Virus record (IMG/VR): IMGVR_UViG_3300031825_000011
Location: 1 to 60,647 of that record
DNA length: 60,647 bases
Reading direction: 5' to 3' (one strand)
Source: a virus
Lineage: Duplodnaviria > Caudoviricetes
Part shown: one piece after another, positions 29,938 to 40,618 of the stretch
Layout: every line of letters starts with the position of its first letter
Numbering within the stretch: position 1 is the stretch's first letter
The notes under the pieces: model-generated
Told to the model about the DNA's origin: nothing
The model's database searches: none
What the model saw: only the letters and a program-made list of their open reading frames with translations
Position numbers and translations under genes: made by a program

Positions 29938-30891
29938 ATGGCTAAAAATAACGCTACCCAATCGGGCGTGTTGGAAAACGAAACAGAAACAGGGGTACAG
30001 GCTTCACACAATCCCCGTTATGACTTCACGGAACAACTCGCTAATAACAATCATGAAGCAATGCAAGCCGAGTTAGCCGAACAAGGACTAGCCGAACCAA
30101 AACCAGAACCAGCCGCAGCGCCAGAGCCTGCCGCAGAGATTACCAGCGCACCACACGTACTGACCGAGGATGAACTCGCCAGTTATCAGGTGCGCACCAA
30201 GATTGATGGTCAAGAGCAAATTCTGTCAGCGGCAGAAGCGCTCAAGATTTATCAAAAGGACGCAGCCGCCTCAAAACGGCTGGATGAAGTCGCCCGAAGA
30301 AGCGCAGAACTCGAACGGCAAGAAGCAGAACTACGCCAACGAGAAGAAGCATTAAGTGCAATTCCTAACAACCCAACTGCTAATCCATCCTCACTGGACG
30401 ATCAAGCGAATGAGTTAGTTAGTGCCTTGTACGAAGGCGATGAAGAAAAAACCAGAGAGGCAGTGAAAAAGTTATTGGGGGAACGTCAACCGGCTATTCC
30501 GCAACCACAACTTGACATTGACCAAGTAGCCGAGCGTGCGCGTCAGAAAATGCAGGATGACGTGGCGATGAAGGCTTTTATCGACAATTACCAGGACGTT
30601 GTGACTGATCCGTTCTTGGTTCAAATGGCAGATACCCATCGCGCACAAGCGTTGCGTGACGGTAAACCGCTTGATGAAGCCTTGACCTATGCAGGCGATA
30701 CCACACGCGAATGGCTTAAAGCCAAAGGCGTAACGGTAACAGCAAATGACAGGGAAGCCCGTAAAGCCGCCCTTGATCATGTGCCAGCCGCTAGTCAGAA
30801 AACAAGTGTGCCTGAAACAGCCACAGACAGCGAAGCAACTGCATCCGACACCATCCGTGCGATGCGTGAAGCGCGTGGCTTACCCGTTTAA
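29938..30891 (+). CDS. Capsid scaffolding protein
   Basis: Acidic, KIDG.E motif, coiled coil, basic C-terminus; directly upstream of the capsid gene. Confidence 0.8.
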   Translation: MAKNNATQSGVLENETETGVQASHNPRYDFTEQLANNNHEAMQAELAEQGLAEPKPEPAAAPEPAAEITSAPHVLTEDELASYQVRTKIDGQEQILSAAEALKIYQKDAAASKRLDEVARRSAELERQEAELRQREEALSAIPNNPTANPSSLDDQANELVSALYEGDEEKTREAVKKLLGERQPAIPQPQLDIDQVAERARQKMQDDVAMKAFIDNYQDVVTDPFLVQMADTHRAQALRDGKPLDEALTYAGDTTREWLKAKGVTVTANDREARKAALDHVPAASQKTSVPETATDSEATASDTIRAMREARGLPV

Positions 30892-30916
30892 ACAAGATCA
30901 ATAAGGAGTATTAATC

Positions 30917-31864
30917 ATGGCAGGTCAACAAGTATGGGGTACTAACAGCTTAGGCGGTTATATGTACTCACTCAATTTATCAAAGGTTTTGCGCAATGCC
31001 GTACAACCAATGGTGAAATTCCGTCAATTTTGCGATGCAAAAGACGCAACTCAACAAGGCAAAGGTAAAGGCGACAAGTTCCATTGGAACGTGTACAGCG
31101 ATGTAGCTACTCAAGGTGGCGCACTGGCTGAAACCGATGTAATGCCTGAAACCAACTTCACAATCACTCAAGGTGAACTGACTATTACAGAATACGGTAA
31201 TAGCGTGCCTTACAGCGGTAAATTGGATGACTTGTCAGAGCATCCAGTTAAAGAAGTGATCAACAAAGTGCTGAAAAACGATGCTAAAAAAGCATTCGAT
31301 GCTGCCGCTTATGCGCAGTTTGCACTGACACCATTGGTGGTTACACCAACATCAGGCACTTCAACAACTGCCGTGACATTGGCAACTGACGGTACACCGC
31401 CAGCAACCAATAACGTAGCGATGGGTAAAAACCACATCAAAGCTATCGTGGACGTAATGAAGGAACGCAACATTCCACCTTACCAAAACGATGACTACTT
31501 TTCGATTGGTCACCCATCAACTTTCCGTACATTGAAAAATGACTTGGAAGCCGTACATCAATACGTTGAAACCGGCTTCACTATGATCATGAACGGTGAG
31601 ATTGGTCGCTATGAAGGAGTACGCTTCGTTGAACAAACCAACGTTGCCAAGGAAACTTGGACAAATGGCTTGTCAAATTGGGCGTACTTCTTCGGTGAAG
31701 ATACCGTTGCAGAAGGTATTGCCGTACCGGAAGAAATCCGCGGCAAAATCCCAAGCGATTATGGTCGCTCAAAAGGCGTGGCATGGTACTACCTTGGTGG
31801 CTTCGGTCTGGTTCACACCGCCGCAGCACAAGCCCGTATCGTGAAATGGGGTTCAGCAACTTAG
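30917..31864 (+). CDS. Major capsid protein
   Basis: TITEYGNS, HP....L..D and GEIG..EGVRF.E HK97-fold motifs; strong AAGGAG RBS; followed by a terminator. Confidence 0.9.
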   Translation: MAGQQVWGTNSLGGYMYSLNLSKVLRNAVQPMVKFRQFCDAKDATQQGKGKGDKFHWNVYSDVATQGGALAETDVMPETNFTITQGELTITEYGNSVPYSGKLDDLSEHPVKEVINKVLKNDAKKAFDAAAYAQFALTPLVVTPTSGTSTTAVTLATDGTPPATNNVAMGKNHIKAIVDVMKERNIPPYQNDDYFSIGHPSTFRTLKNDLEAVHQYVETGFTMIMNGEIGRYEGVRFVEQTNVAKETWTNGLSNWAYFFGEDTVAEGIAVPEEIRGKIPSDYGRSKGVAWYYLGGFGLVHTAAAQARIVKWGSAT

Positions 31865-31869
31865 TAATC

Positions 31870-31891
31870 AACCGCCTTCGGGCGGTTTTTT
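31870..31891 (+). terminator. Terminator after the capsid gene
   Basis: AACCGCC-TTCG-GGCGGTTTTTT. Confidence 0.85.
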
Positions 31892-31969
31892 CATTCTTGG
31901 CTTATCGTGCCTACTCACGCTGCCAAATAACTTCCTGCATGAGAGGCGTGCAGGATAAAGGAAACTGAA

Positions 31970-32353
31970 ATGACAGTAAAAAACAAAGCCTACGACCATG
32001 CGGCCTACCAAGTACCGGTTGTTTATTCATCCGGCACACCAGCAGGCGCAAATGGCGTTTCTCAAAAGTTTGCGGCATTTACCGCACAAAAACTTAAATC
32101 CGTTACTTTGGGCGTGAATATCGCTAGTACATCAGCGACACAACCGCTTTTGTACACTAAGAGTGGCACAGCAACCGCAACTGCAACCTTGTCTGCTATT
32201 ACATCAGCAGCCATTACACCTAAAAACAATGCGCTGAATATTACCTTAGCGCAAGGTGATCAGTTCTGGGTGGCACATGGCACTGACGCAACAGTAGCAT
32301 TGTCAGTGGCAGTGGAAACTTACGTGGTAGCCGGTGCAGACTTGACAGCTTAA
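31970..32353 (+). CDS. Putative capsid decoration protein
   Basis: Small A/T-rich beta protein directly after the capsid gene. Confidence 0.55.
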   Translation: MTVKNKAYDHAAYQVPVVYSSGTPAGANGVSQKFAAFTAQKLKSVTLGVNIASTSATQPLLYTKSGTATATATLSAITSAAITPKNNALNITLAQGDQFWVAHGTDATVALSVAVETYVVAGADLTA

Positions 32354-32409
32354 CGCCGTCATGCTTAAAAATAGGGGGCAAGTACGCCCCTTATTTTTAA
32401 GGACTGTCA

Positions 32410-32937
32410 ATGTCGCATAACTCTAATTCTTTAATTGACCCCAATACCATAGCGCAAATGTGCGCAGTGGCAGCACAGACACCGGCAGGCATCTTTGTTG
32501 AGTTTGGCGTATATCGTGGCGGTTCAGCGCTTAAATTGTCAGAAGTGGCAATCGCGCAGCATAGAGAATTACATTTATTCGATACCTTTACTGGTATTCC
32601 GTACCGGCAGGATGGTGACAATCATCTGGTCGGTGACTTTGCCGATACCAGCGAAAAGGCGGTGCGTGACTTGATCCCAAGCGCCGTGTTCCATGTAGGC
32701 GTTTTTCCAGACACCATGCCGGAAAGTTTGCCGAAGATTGCGTTTTTACACATAGATGCAGATCAGTATCAGAGTTATGAGAGTGCTATCCGTCTTTTCA
32801 GCCCTTTAATGGTAGTAGGTGGCGTGATGTGGTTCGATGACTATGACTGCCTGCCATCTGCTAATAGGGCGGTGGATGAAGCCTTTCGTGATCGGGTGAT
32901 TACTAACCAGTACGCTAAAGCAATGGTGAGGTTCTAA
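32410..32937 (+). CDS. TylF/MycF-family O-methyltransferase
   Basis: VEFGVYRGGS, LFDTFTG.P, G.F.DT, FLHID.D.Y and FDDY motifs. Confidence 0.9.
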   Translation: MSHNSNSLIDPNTIAQMCAVAAQTPAGIFVEFGVYRGGSALKLSEVAIAQHRELHLFDTFTGIPYRQDGDNHLVGDFADTSEKAVRDLIPSAVFHVGVFPDTMPESLPKIAFLHIDADQYQSYESAIRLFSPLMVVGGVMWFDDYDCLPSANRAVDEAFRDRVITNQYAKAMVRF

Positions 32938-32939
32938 TC

Positions 32940-34463
32940 ATGGTCTGGGATATTAAAGCACCACAAGGCAATGAAGCTGCAAAAATCAAATGGGATATTG
33001 TTGAATATACCGCAGGACGCGGCCTAGATTTAGGTTGCGGTCTATTTAAGACTTTCCCTCATTTTATTGGTGTCGATAACGGGCATCATTGGGGCAATCA
33101 GGGTGTCGATGTAATGGTTGATACCTGCGAAGATTTGAGCATTTTTGCTGATAACAGCATGGACTTCGTGTTTTCTAGCCATCTGCTAGAGCATATACAA
33201 GACACCAGAGCCGCATTAAAAGAGTGGTTACGGGTAGTTAAAGACGGCGGTTATCTGATTTTATATTTACCGCATAAAGATTATTACCCGAATCTAGGTG
33301 AAGCAGGGGCTAATCCAGACCATAAGCATGACTTTTTGCCGACAAGAATTATTGAAATAATGCTGCATTTAGGCGAAAACTGGTCGTTATTGGTAAATGA
33401 AAATCGCAATAACGATAATGAATACAGCTTTTTTCAGGTGTATAAAAAAGGCGGTGACGGTCATTACATGGATAAACTGCTACTCAAGCCGACTAAAACC
33501 GCCGCAGTCGTCCGTTATGGCGCTTACGGTGACGCAATCCAAGCATCCAGTGTAATTGCCGGACTAAAACGATTAGGCTATCACGTCACATTTTATACCG
33601 CAGCACAGGGTTATGAAGTGACCAAGCACGATCCACACATTGATAAATTCGTGGTGCAAGGCAATGACCAAGTGCCAAACCATGAATTAGGCCAGTTCTG
33701 GGCGCACCTCGCTAAGAAATACGACAAGTTTGTAAACCTATCTGAATCAGTAGAGCGTAGCTTGCTGGCCTTGCCTAACACTACGCAATTCAACTGGTCG
33801 CAGGAAATGCGCCATAAGTATCTGGATTGTAACTATCTACAGTTTCAGCACGATATAGCGGATTTGAATCACGCAACACATGACCAATGTTTCTATCCGT
33901 CCGATGATGAAATAGCGTGGGCGAAAAAACAGTATGAAGTATTAGACGGCTATGTTGTTTTATGGTCGCTATCCGGTTCAGCGGTACACAAGGTTTATCC
34001 GTGGATGGATGACGTGATTGCCAAATTATTGCTATCCGATTCAAAAATGAAAGTGGTACTGGTCGGCGGTCATGACGAAGCGTTACTGCAGCAAGGATGG
34101 GAAGGCGAAACTAGGGTGGTAAAGCGTGCCGGTGCGTGGACGATGCGGCAGTCAATGGCATTCGCACAGGTTGCCGATATGGTCATTGGTTCTGAAACCG
34201 GCTTACTCAATGCCGTAGCGTTTGAATCCAATGCCAAGATTGTCATGCTATCCCATAGTTCAGAACATAACCTGACCCGTGATTGGGAAAATACGGTTGC
34301 GCTAGAGCCGGAACATACGCCGTGCTACCCATGCCACCAGATGCACTACACATTCGATACCTGTACGCAATATGGTACGTCCGGCGTGGCGTTGTGCCAG
34401 GCTAATATCAGCGTTGATCAGGTGATGAACGCTTTTTATAACCTAGAAGGAATACTCGCATGA
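32940..34463 (+). CDS. Fusion of class I SAM methyltransferase and GT9 (heptosyltransferase-like) glycosyltransferase
   Basis: LDLGCG, DFVFSSHLLEH, EW.RV.K.GG.L; then RYGAYGD, AD.VIG.ETG..N and C.PC...C...C. Confidence 0.88.
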   Translation: MVWDIKAPQGNEAAKIKWDIVEYTAGRGLDLGCGLFKTFPHFIGVDNGHHWGNQGVDVMVDTCEDLSIFADNSMDFVFSSHLLEHIQDTRAALKEWLRVVKDGGYLILYLPHKDYYPNLGEAGANPDHKHDFLPTRIIEIMLHLGENWSLLVNENRNNDNEYSFFQVYKKGGDGHYMDKLLLKPTKTAAVVRYGAYGDAIQASSVIAGLKRLGYHVTFYTAAQGYEVTKHDPHIDKFVVQGNDQVPNHELGQFWAHLAKKYDKFVNLSESVERSLLALPNTTQFNWSQEMRHKYLDCNYLQFQHDIADLNHATHDQCFYPSDDEIAWAKKQYEVLDGYVVLWSLSGSAVHKVYPWMDDVIAKLLLSDSKMKVVLVGGHDEALLQQGWEGETRVVKRAGAWTMRQSMAFAQVADMVIGSETGLLNAVAFESNAKIVMLSHSSEHNLTRDWENTVALEPEHTPCYPCHQMHYTFDTCTQYGTSGVALCQANISVDQVMNAFYNLEGILA

Positions 34464-35355
34464 AAAACGATAAAGACACAATGAAAGAATCCAATGCAGG
34501 CATGACCGGCGGCACGAATGGTGCGCTAGGCGGCGCAAGTGCAACTGACCTGCAAAAAGGCTTTATCCCTGAACAGCCAGCCGTGGAAAAACACGAATGG
34601 GATATGCCGATGCTGACAGAAAAACCAAAAGAAGGCGGCTTTGTAGGTCGCCCAGAAGGTTGGGAACGCTAATTTATTTTAATGTACATTCATTTAAGGA
34701 GTAACAGCATGGACAAACATTGTGAAAGACCAGATGGCAAAGGTGTAGTACAAGGCGATACCAAGGCAATGCCGGATCGTGGCGTGAATACCGGTGTCAC
34801 TGACACTTACGGTAGTAATCTCGACCAAGGCTATGACAATGGCGGCAGTATCAAATCAAGCACACAAAGCGACAAGTCTGACAAAAGCGCTTAATGCTCA
34901 CTTATCAATCACATGGAGTAACTAACATCATGGCACGTAAACAACCAGTCGTAAAAGCGGCGCAACCAGCAAGTCACAGCACAATGGCAAAAAAAGCGGC
35001 GGATCTCGCTACATCGGCATTGGAATCAGTTGATTTATCTAATGGCACTAAACGTGTAAAACAGGGCGGCGCAAAACTAGACCGCAGCAAGAAATTCTAT
35101 GACGTACACAGTGGCGGCAATGTGAAGTTCGAGCAAGACGGCAAGCTATTCAATCTTGAAGGCAAGCAGGTTGATCTTGATGGCAATTTGGTAGCACACG
35201 AAGTTGTTAAAGTCTTTGAGCAGGTTGGCGATCCGGTTGACTTGGAATCTGCAGAAACATCACTTGTTGAAGCTAAAACGGCAGAACCTGCAGTCGAATC
35301 AGAAAAAACCGAAGGCATGACCGAAGATGACCTGGCTGCACTAGGCGGTAAATAA
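34460..35355 (+). other. Three small hypothetical genes (34460-34672, 34709-34894, 34930-35355)
   Basis: Each has an AAGGA/GGAG RBS. Confidence 0.65.
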
Positions 35356-35357
35356 TC

Positions 35358-36020
35358 ATGACCTTGCGCGAAATCATTGAACTGGTACGCAATGAACTGG
35401 ACGATGCAACCGGTAGCTATTTATGGTCAGATGAAGAACTGATTGAATATGCAGTCGATGCCGAGAATGAAGCCAGTATTCGCGCACGCTTATTGATTGA
35501 TTCCACCACAACGGCAGTGACCCAGATTGCGGTTACTGCCGGTAATCCTGTATTAACACTGGACAGTCGCGTGGTATTTATTCGCCGTGCCAAGTTAGCG
35601 CTGGACGATATTAAACTAGGCCGTGCGCAAATGCGTGACCTTGACAATGCGGTGGTTGGATGGGAAACAGAAACCGGTACGCCGCAACTGTTTGTTACTG
35701 ACTACGAAACCGGCAAAATCCGTTTATATCCAAAGCCAATCGTCAACGACACGCTGAATTTAACCGTACAGCGTATGCCATTAAACGATATGAATGCAAT
35801 GGAAGATACACCGGAAATCCATGTTCGTTTTCACCGTAACCTACGTTACTGGATCATGCACCGTGCTTACATGAAGCAGGACACCGAAACTAAGGACGAA
35901 AAGAAGGCCAAGGAAAACTATGACCTGTTTGAATCCATATTCGGCAAACGCAGTTCTGCCGTGGATGAAGAATGGATTGCACGCGAACAGATGGGCGATG
36001 ATTTTAACGGGGTGTATTAA
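35358..36020 (+). CDS. Head-tail adaptor protein
   Basis: MTL.E.I..VR..L.D....WSD.EL..Y, IRLYP.P and PEI...H..L..W...RAY motifs. Confidence 0.75.
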   Translation: MTLREIIELVRNELDDATGSYLWSDEELIEYAVDAENEASIRARLLIDSTTTAVTQIAVTAGNPVLTLDSRVVFIRRAKLALDDIKLGRAQMRDLDNAVVGWETETGTPQLFVTDYETGKIRLYPKPIVNDTLNLTVQRMPLNDMNAMEDTPEIHVRFHRNLRYWIMHRAYMKQDTETKDEKKAKENYDLFESIFGKRSSAVDEEWIAREQMGDDFNGVY

Positions 36021-37201
36021 TGGCTGACTTCAAAGCATTCCAAGGCTTACGCAATGATGTAAGCGCAGAACGCTTTGCGCCTGCTGATCTGGAAGTGGCA
36101 ACCAATGTCAATCTGGACAATAGCGGCAAACTATTAAGCCGTGACGGATATGTGAAGAAAATCACCGCTGCCGTACATTCATTATGGGCGCATGGCGATA
36201 TTTGCCTGTATGTGCAAGGTGCAAACCTGAAACGCCTGAACAGCGATTTAGTCAGTAGCGTGACCGTGCGCAGCGATTTAAGCAGTGGCCTTGTCATGAG
36301 TTATGACGAGGTGGACAGTAAGATTTATTACAGCAACGGCACGCAGACCGGCATTTATAGCAGTAACGGCAATCGCACATGGGGCATAGTGCCGCCAGTA
36401 TTTCAACCGCTGGCAACCAATGCGTATGGTGATATGTTTGCCGGTACTTATCAGTATGCTTTAACTTACTTACGCGAGGACGGGCAGGAATCAGGTACGG
36501 GAATCGCAGACAAAATCCAGATTACAACAGGCGCAATCACATTCAGTGATATACCGGTGTCGCCTGACCCGACAGTGACCCACAAGGTTATTTACCTGAC
36601 AGAAGCGAATGGCGAGGTGTTATATCGTGCATTGGTATTAACGAATGAAACAACGAGCGCTAATTACAATGGCGGCATAGTACGCACCCCGTTAGATACC
36701 CAATTCTGCCAGCACGCGCCAGCCGGACAGTTAGTCCGTTATTTTCAAGGCCGTATGTATGTTGCACAGAACCAGTGGCTTTTTTACTCAAAAGGCTACG
36801 GGTACGAACTGTTTGATTTACGCGATTACTTTGGCTTTACTAGTGCCATTACCATGCTTGCACCGGTACAGGACGGCTTGTTTATCGGTACAGAAACCGA
36901 AACCTACTTTTTAGCCGGTACGCAGCCGGATCAGATGCAGTTAATCAGTAAATCCAATGTCGGTGTTGTTAAAGGTGCATTGACTTACGTTGCCAGCAAT
37001 CAGGTCAAGGGCTTGGACAATGTAGCAAAACAAAGCGTGCCAGTATGGACTTCGCATTCAGGTATTGTTGTTGGCATCAGCGGCGGCACAATCATTGACT
37101 TAACCCTAGACCGCTACACAATCGGCAAGGCCAACGAAGGCGCGGCATTATTCCGCACCGTCAACGGCATTGACCAGTACATCACCGTTTTACGCAGTTA
37201 G
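36020..37201 (+). CDS. Tail nozzle/stabilisation-type structural protein
   Basis: F.G..N, NV.LD..G....R.G N-terminus; beta-propeller-like; follows the adaptor. Confidence 0.6.
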   Translation: MADFKAFQGLRNDVSAERFAPADLEVATNVNLDNSGKLLSRDGYVKKITAAVHSLWAHGDICLYVQGANLKRLNSDLVSSVTVRSDLSSGLVMSYDEVDSKIYYSNGTQTGIYSSNGNRTWGIVPPVFQPLATNAYGDMFAGTYQYALTYLREDGQESGTGIADKIQITTGAITFSDIPVSPDPTVTHKVIYLTEANGEVLYRALVLTNETTSANYNGGIVRTPLDTQFCQHAPAGQLVRYFQGRMYVAQNQWLFYSKGYGYELFDLRDYFGFTSAITMLAPVQDGLFIGTETETYFLAGTQPDQMQLISKSNVGVVKGALTYVASNQVKGLDNVAKQSVPVWTSHSGIVVGISGGTIIDLTLDRYTIGKANEGAALFRTVNGIDQYITVLRS

Positions 37202-37217
37202 CACTACTAGTTCTAGC

Positions 37218-37271
37218 AACCGCCGCTTGGCGGTTTTTTTTCGTCTATTGACCGCCGCTTGGCGGTTTTTT
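37218..37271 (+). terminator. Tandem duplicated terminators
   Basis: ACCGCC-GCTT-GGCGGTTTTTT at 37219 and 37251. Confidence 0.8.
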
Positions 37272-37288
37272 CATTTAAGGAAACGATC

Positions 37289-38065
37289 ATGACAGTACGT
37301 TTATCCAACGCGCTACGCAATTATGTCAACGAGCAAGGTTCACTCAAGCACGCTTTGCAAGGTGGTAAATTGCTGGTTTATTCAGGCGCACAACCTGCAA
37401 CCCCAGAAACCGCACCATCAGGCACATTGCTTTGCACTTATACGGCAGCAAGCGCGTCACATACCGCAGAAGTGTTGGCAGTGGGTACAGTCACGCTCTC
37501 AACCGGTGCATCTGGTTCAGTCGATACGATTACCGTGGACGGCGTAGATATTCTGCCATCTGCCGTGTCATTCAACACGTCACTGGCGCAGACAGCTTTA
37601 GACTGCATTACTGCAATCAATAAAGCATCAACCAGCCCTAAATACAAAGCCTCTACCGGCGGCAGTGGTGTGATCAACATTACCGCAGCGCGTGGTGCAG
37701 GTGCAGAAGCAAATGGTTTAGTGGTATCAGGTTCATTCACAACCATTACCGGTTCATACGGCAATATGGCAAGCGGTGTAACAGCCGTGAATGGCCTTAA
37801 ATTCGGCGCTTCATCAAGTGGTGTATTAAGTAAAGACGATGCACAAACATGGTCAGGCGTAGCCGCAGCCAGTGGTACGGCAGGTTGGGCGCGTTTTGTT
37901 GGTGCGGTTGCGGATTCAGGCGCGGCAGATTCTACCGATAGCCAGGTGCGTATTGATATGTCAATCAGCACTAGCGGTTCAGATTTAAACCTGACTTCTA
38001 CTGCGATTGCTGCAACAGCGACACAAACTATCAGCGCATTCGCTATCACGTTGCCAGCCAGTTAA
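37289..38065 (+). CDS. Virion structural protein
   Basis: YSG.QP..P...P.GTLL, A.A.GTAGWAR and R.D....SG.DL motifs. Confidence 0.65.
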   Translation: MTVRLSNALRNYVNEQGSLKHALQGGKLLVYSGAQPATPETAPSGTLLCTYTAASASHTAEVLAVGTVTLSTGASGSVDTITVDGVDILPSAVSFNTSLAQTALDCITAINKASTSPKYKASTGGSGVINITAARGAGAEANGLVVSGSFTTITGSYGNMASGVTAVNGLKFGASSSGVLSKDDAQTWSGVAAASGTAGWARFVGAVADSGAADSTDSQVRIDMSISTSGSDLNLTSTAIAATATQTISAFAITLPAS

Positions 38066-38131
38066 TAAAGCAGTTCATGCAGTAAGTGGGCGCTTCGTGC
38101 GCTCACTGTTTCAACTTTCATGGAGTGATTT

Positions 38132-39283
38132 ATGTCAAACGGTGCGGCAGCAATTTTATTACCAAGCTATCTATTAGGGATTTCAGCCCCTAATACCCCG
38201 ATTGCAGGGGATGGTGAAGCCAGTATAGCACTACCGGCATTATCACTTGCAGCCACAGACTATTATGCTTCACTGCCAGCTTTTACCGTTGAGGCCAGTG
38301 GTGTCGGCGGCACAACCACAGACGGCACGAACGTTGAGAAAGACCTACCGGCCTACACCTTATTGGCTACCGGCGTCACCGAAGTTTCAGGCAGCGCCAG
38401 TATCAGTCTGCCAGTATTCAGCATTGATGCCTATTCTGATTCATTCGCGGCATTCTCACTGCCAAAACTGTCTATCAGCGGTTCAGGACTGAATGGCACA
38501 AACGGAACATTCAACCGCAATATTCCGGCATTACTGTTATCCGCATTTTCTAGTACCGAAAACTTAGGTAGCGCGAATATACGCACCGGCGCACTGGTGA
38601 TTGTTGCCGAAGGTAACGGCGGTGCAGTTGGCACACTTGCACGTACTCTAGCCAAATATGGCATTACAGCCGATGGTGAAAACGGCGCAGCCGGAACAAG
38701 CGCATTCAGTTTACCAAGTTTCACACTCGCCACCGAAGGCGCAGCCAACAGTGTAGGCACGGCAACTATCAGCCTGCCAGCCTTGCAACTACTCGCCAAT
38801 GGTTACGCCAGCAACGACAACGATACTTACAATATCTACACGCTCAATACCAATACCGCAGGCTTATCCAGTTATTCCAACTTCAATTTCAATTCGATGA
38901 CCATGTTTAACGGCACAGCACTTGCAGCCGGTGACGGCGGTATTTATGCGCTATCCGGCACGCTGGATGACACTGCGGATATTACAACCAACATTAGCCT
39001 GGGCATCTTTGATTTTGACAGCGCACAGCTAAAACGGGTACATGAATTGTATTTCAACTACCGCAGTAATGGCAATTTGACCGTGACCGTGACTTTGGAT
39101 GATGACGAACAGTATCTATATGAACTGGACGCAACCGGCAAGGATGGTATTTACAACAACCGCTTGAAACTAGGGCGCGGCCTTAAAGCGCGTCATTGGC
39201 AAATCAGTCTTGAAGGTGTCGGCGCAGACTTTGAACTCAACAGCATTTCGACTGAACCGATCCCATTAAGCCGCAAACTATGA
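38132..39283 (+). CDS. Tail-associated structural protein with repeated xSLP segments
   Basis: Repeated G.A.ISLP.F; C-terminal DFDS...KR and K.GRGL..R.W. Confidence 0.6.
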   Translation: MSNGAAAILLPSYLLGISAPNTPIAGDGEASIALPALSLAATDYYASLPAFTVEASGVGGTTTDGTNVEKDLPAYTLLATGVTEVSGSASISLPVFSIDAYSDSFAAFSLPKLSISGSGLNGTNGTFNRNIPALLLSAFSSTENLGSANIRTGALVIVAEGNGGAVGTLARTLAKYGITADGENGAAGTSAFSLPSFTLATEGAANSVGTATISLPALQLLANGYASNDNDTYNIYTLNTNTAGLSSYSNFNFNSMTMFNGTALAAGDGGIYALSGTLDDTADITTNISLGIFDFDSAQLKRVHELYFNYRSNGNLTVTVTLDDDEQYLYELDATGKDGIYNNRLKLGRGLKARHWQISLEGVGADFELNSISTEPIPLSRKL

Positions 39284-40569
39284 AAGAAAATGGCGTAATC
39301 AGGCGCAGGCTGTCCGGCAGTGAGGCAAATCCTTATATTGGATTAGGCCGCAAAATTCTGGGTGAAATGAAAAATATCATGCAGATGGGCGGCATCAAGC
39401 AACTGAACTGGACTAAAGACCTGCAGAATGGCGTGCGTATTGTTGTGTCATCTATCTTCGGGCAGGATGAAGTGCGGATTTTAGTGCCGGTAAATAATCC
39501 GTTATCTGCTACTAACAAACTGGTATTTGACGAGGAAAGCAATGTGCTGGCAATCGTTGGTTACACCATGATTAACGGAATCAGTCATGCAACATTATGG
39601 ATTAATGATGACGAGCCGATAGATTTAGGATTTATCAGCGGCAGTGCGGAAAGTAACGCAACTTATGGCAGCGAAGCATTGGCGGTATCTGCAGATGGCA
39701 GGGTAGTAGTCGGTTCATGTAATGTACTGGAATCTGGCGAAGATACGCTTCATGCGTTCCGCTGGACGCGAGAAACAGGGATGCAAGACCTTGGTACGCT
39801 GCAAAATGATCACCCTGAATATGGTGGGTTAATCAGTTATGCCAATGGTATTTCTGATGATGGCACAGTGATTTCAGGCAGTAGCCAAGAGAATATCGGT
39901 GACGGTTCATATCAGCGTGCTTTTAGATGGACAGAAGAAACAGGTATGGTGGGCATTGGCGGCAGGGGCGGTTATGGCGACCCGATCATTGGTGCGAATA
40001 TCTCAAGAAATGGTCAATACATCGTAGGCCGTGCCAACAACACGCACTTTACTTTACAAACCACAACGTTCAGGTATGCCAATAATGCTTGGAAGTTAAT
40101 GCCGTTCTTAGCCGAAATCGGGAACGATCTTCATGTGCCGTATGCCGTTTCAGATAACGGTGTCGTGGTCGGCTATGCCGGATTTTTTGCAGAAAATAAA
40201 CACGCTTACCTATGGTCGCCGGACGAAGGAAGGAAACTAAGCCTTGGTATTGACACCTTGGCGACTGACATTAGCGCAGATGGTGGCACTGTATTATTGA
40301 CCGGCACATATCCTGCTACAACAAATTCATGGTTATGGACAGCGCAGCAAGGGCGCGTGGATATTGGTGTATTTGGCGCTTATGGTATGTCTGAATATGC
40401 TGATTATATTGTTGGTTCACGCAACGTAAATTTATCCAATGAAGAAGCAGTCAGATGGTCGCAAGGGGATGGTATCGAGGCGCTCAAGCAACTGCCAGGC
40501 CATCAGACCAGCAAGGCCAATCGCGTCAGTTATGTATCAAGCAAACGAAAACTAGAAATTGAATATTAA
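39280..40569 (+). CDS. HAF-repeat beta-propeller protein
   Basis: Repeats of A..VS.DG..VVG...HAFRW...GM.DLG. Confidence 0.75.
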   Translation: MKENGVIRRRLSGSEANPYIGLGRKILGEMKNIMQMGGIKQLNWTKDLQNGVRIVVSSIFGQDEVRILVPVNNPLSATNKLVFDEESNVLAIVGYTMINGISHATLWINDDEPIDLGFISGSAESNATYGSEALAVSADGRVVVGSCNVLESGEDTLHAFRWTRETGMQDLGTLQNDHPEYGGLISYANGISDDGTVISGSSQENIGDGSYQRAFRWTEETGMVGIGGRGGYGDPIIGANISRNGQYIVGRANNTHFTLQTTTFRYANNAWKLMPFLAEIGNDLHVPYAVSDNGVVVGYAGFFAENKHAYLWSPDEGRKLSLGIDTLATDISADGGTVLLTGTYPATTNSWLWTAQQGRVDIGVFGAYGMSEYADYIVGSRNVNLSNEEAVRWSQGDGIEALKQLPGHQTSKANRVSYVSSKRKLEIEY

Positions 40570-40618
40570 ACACAACCGCCCACCGGCGGTTTTTTTACGC
40601 CCATTGAAGGAGTAACAA

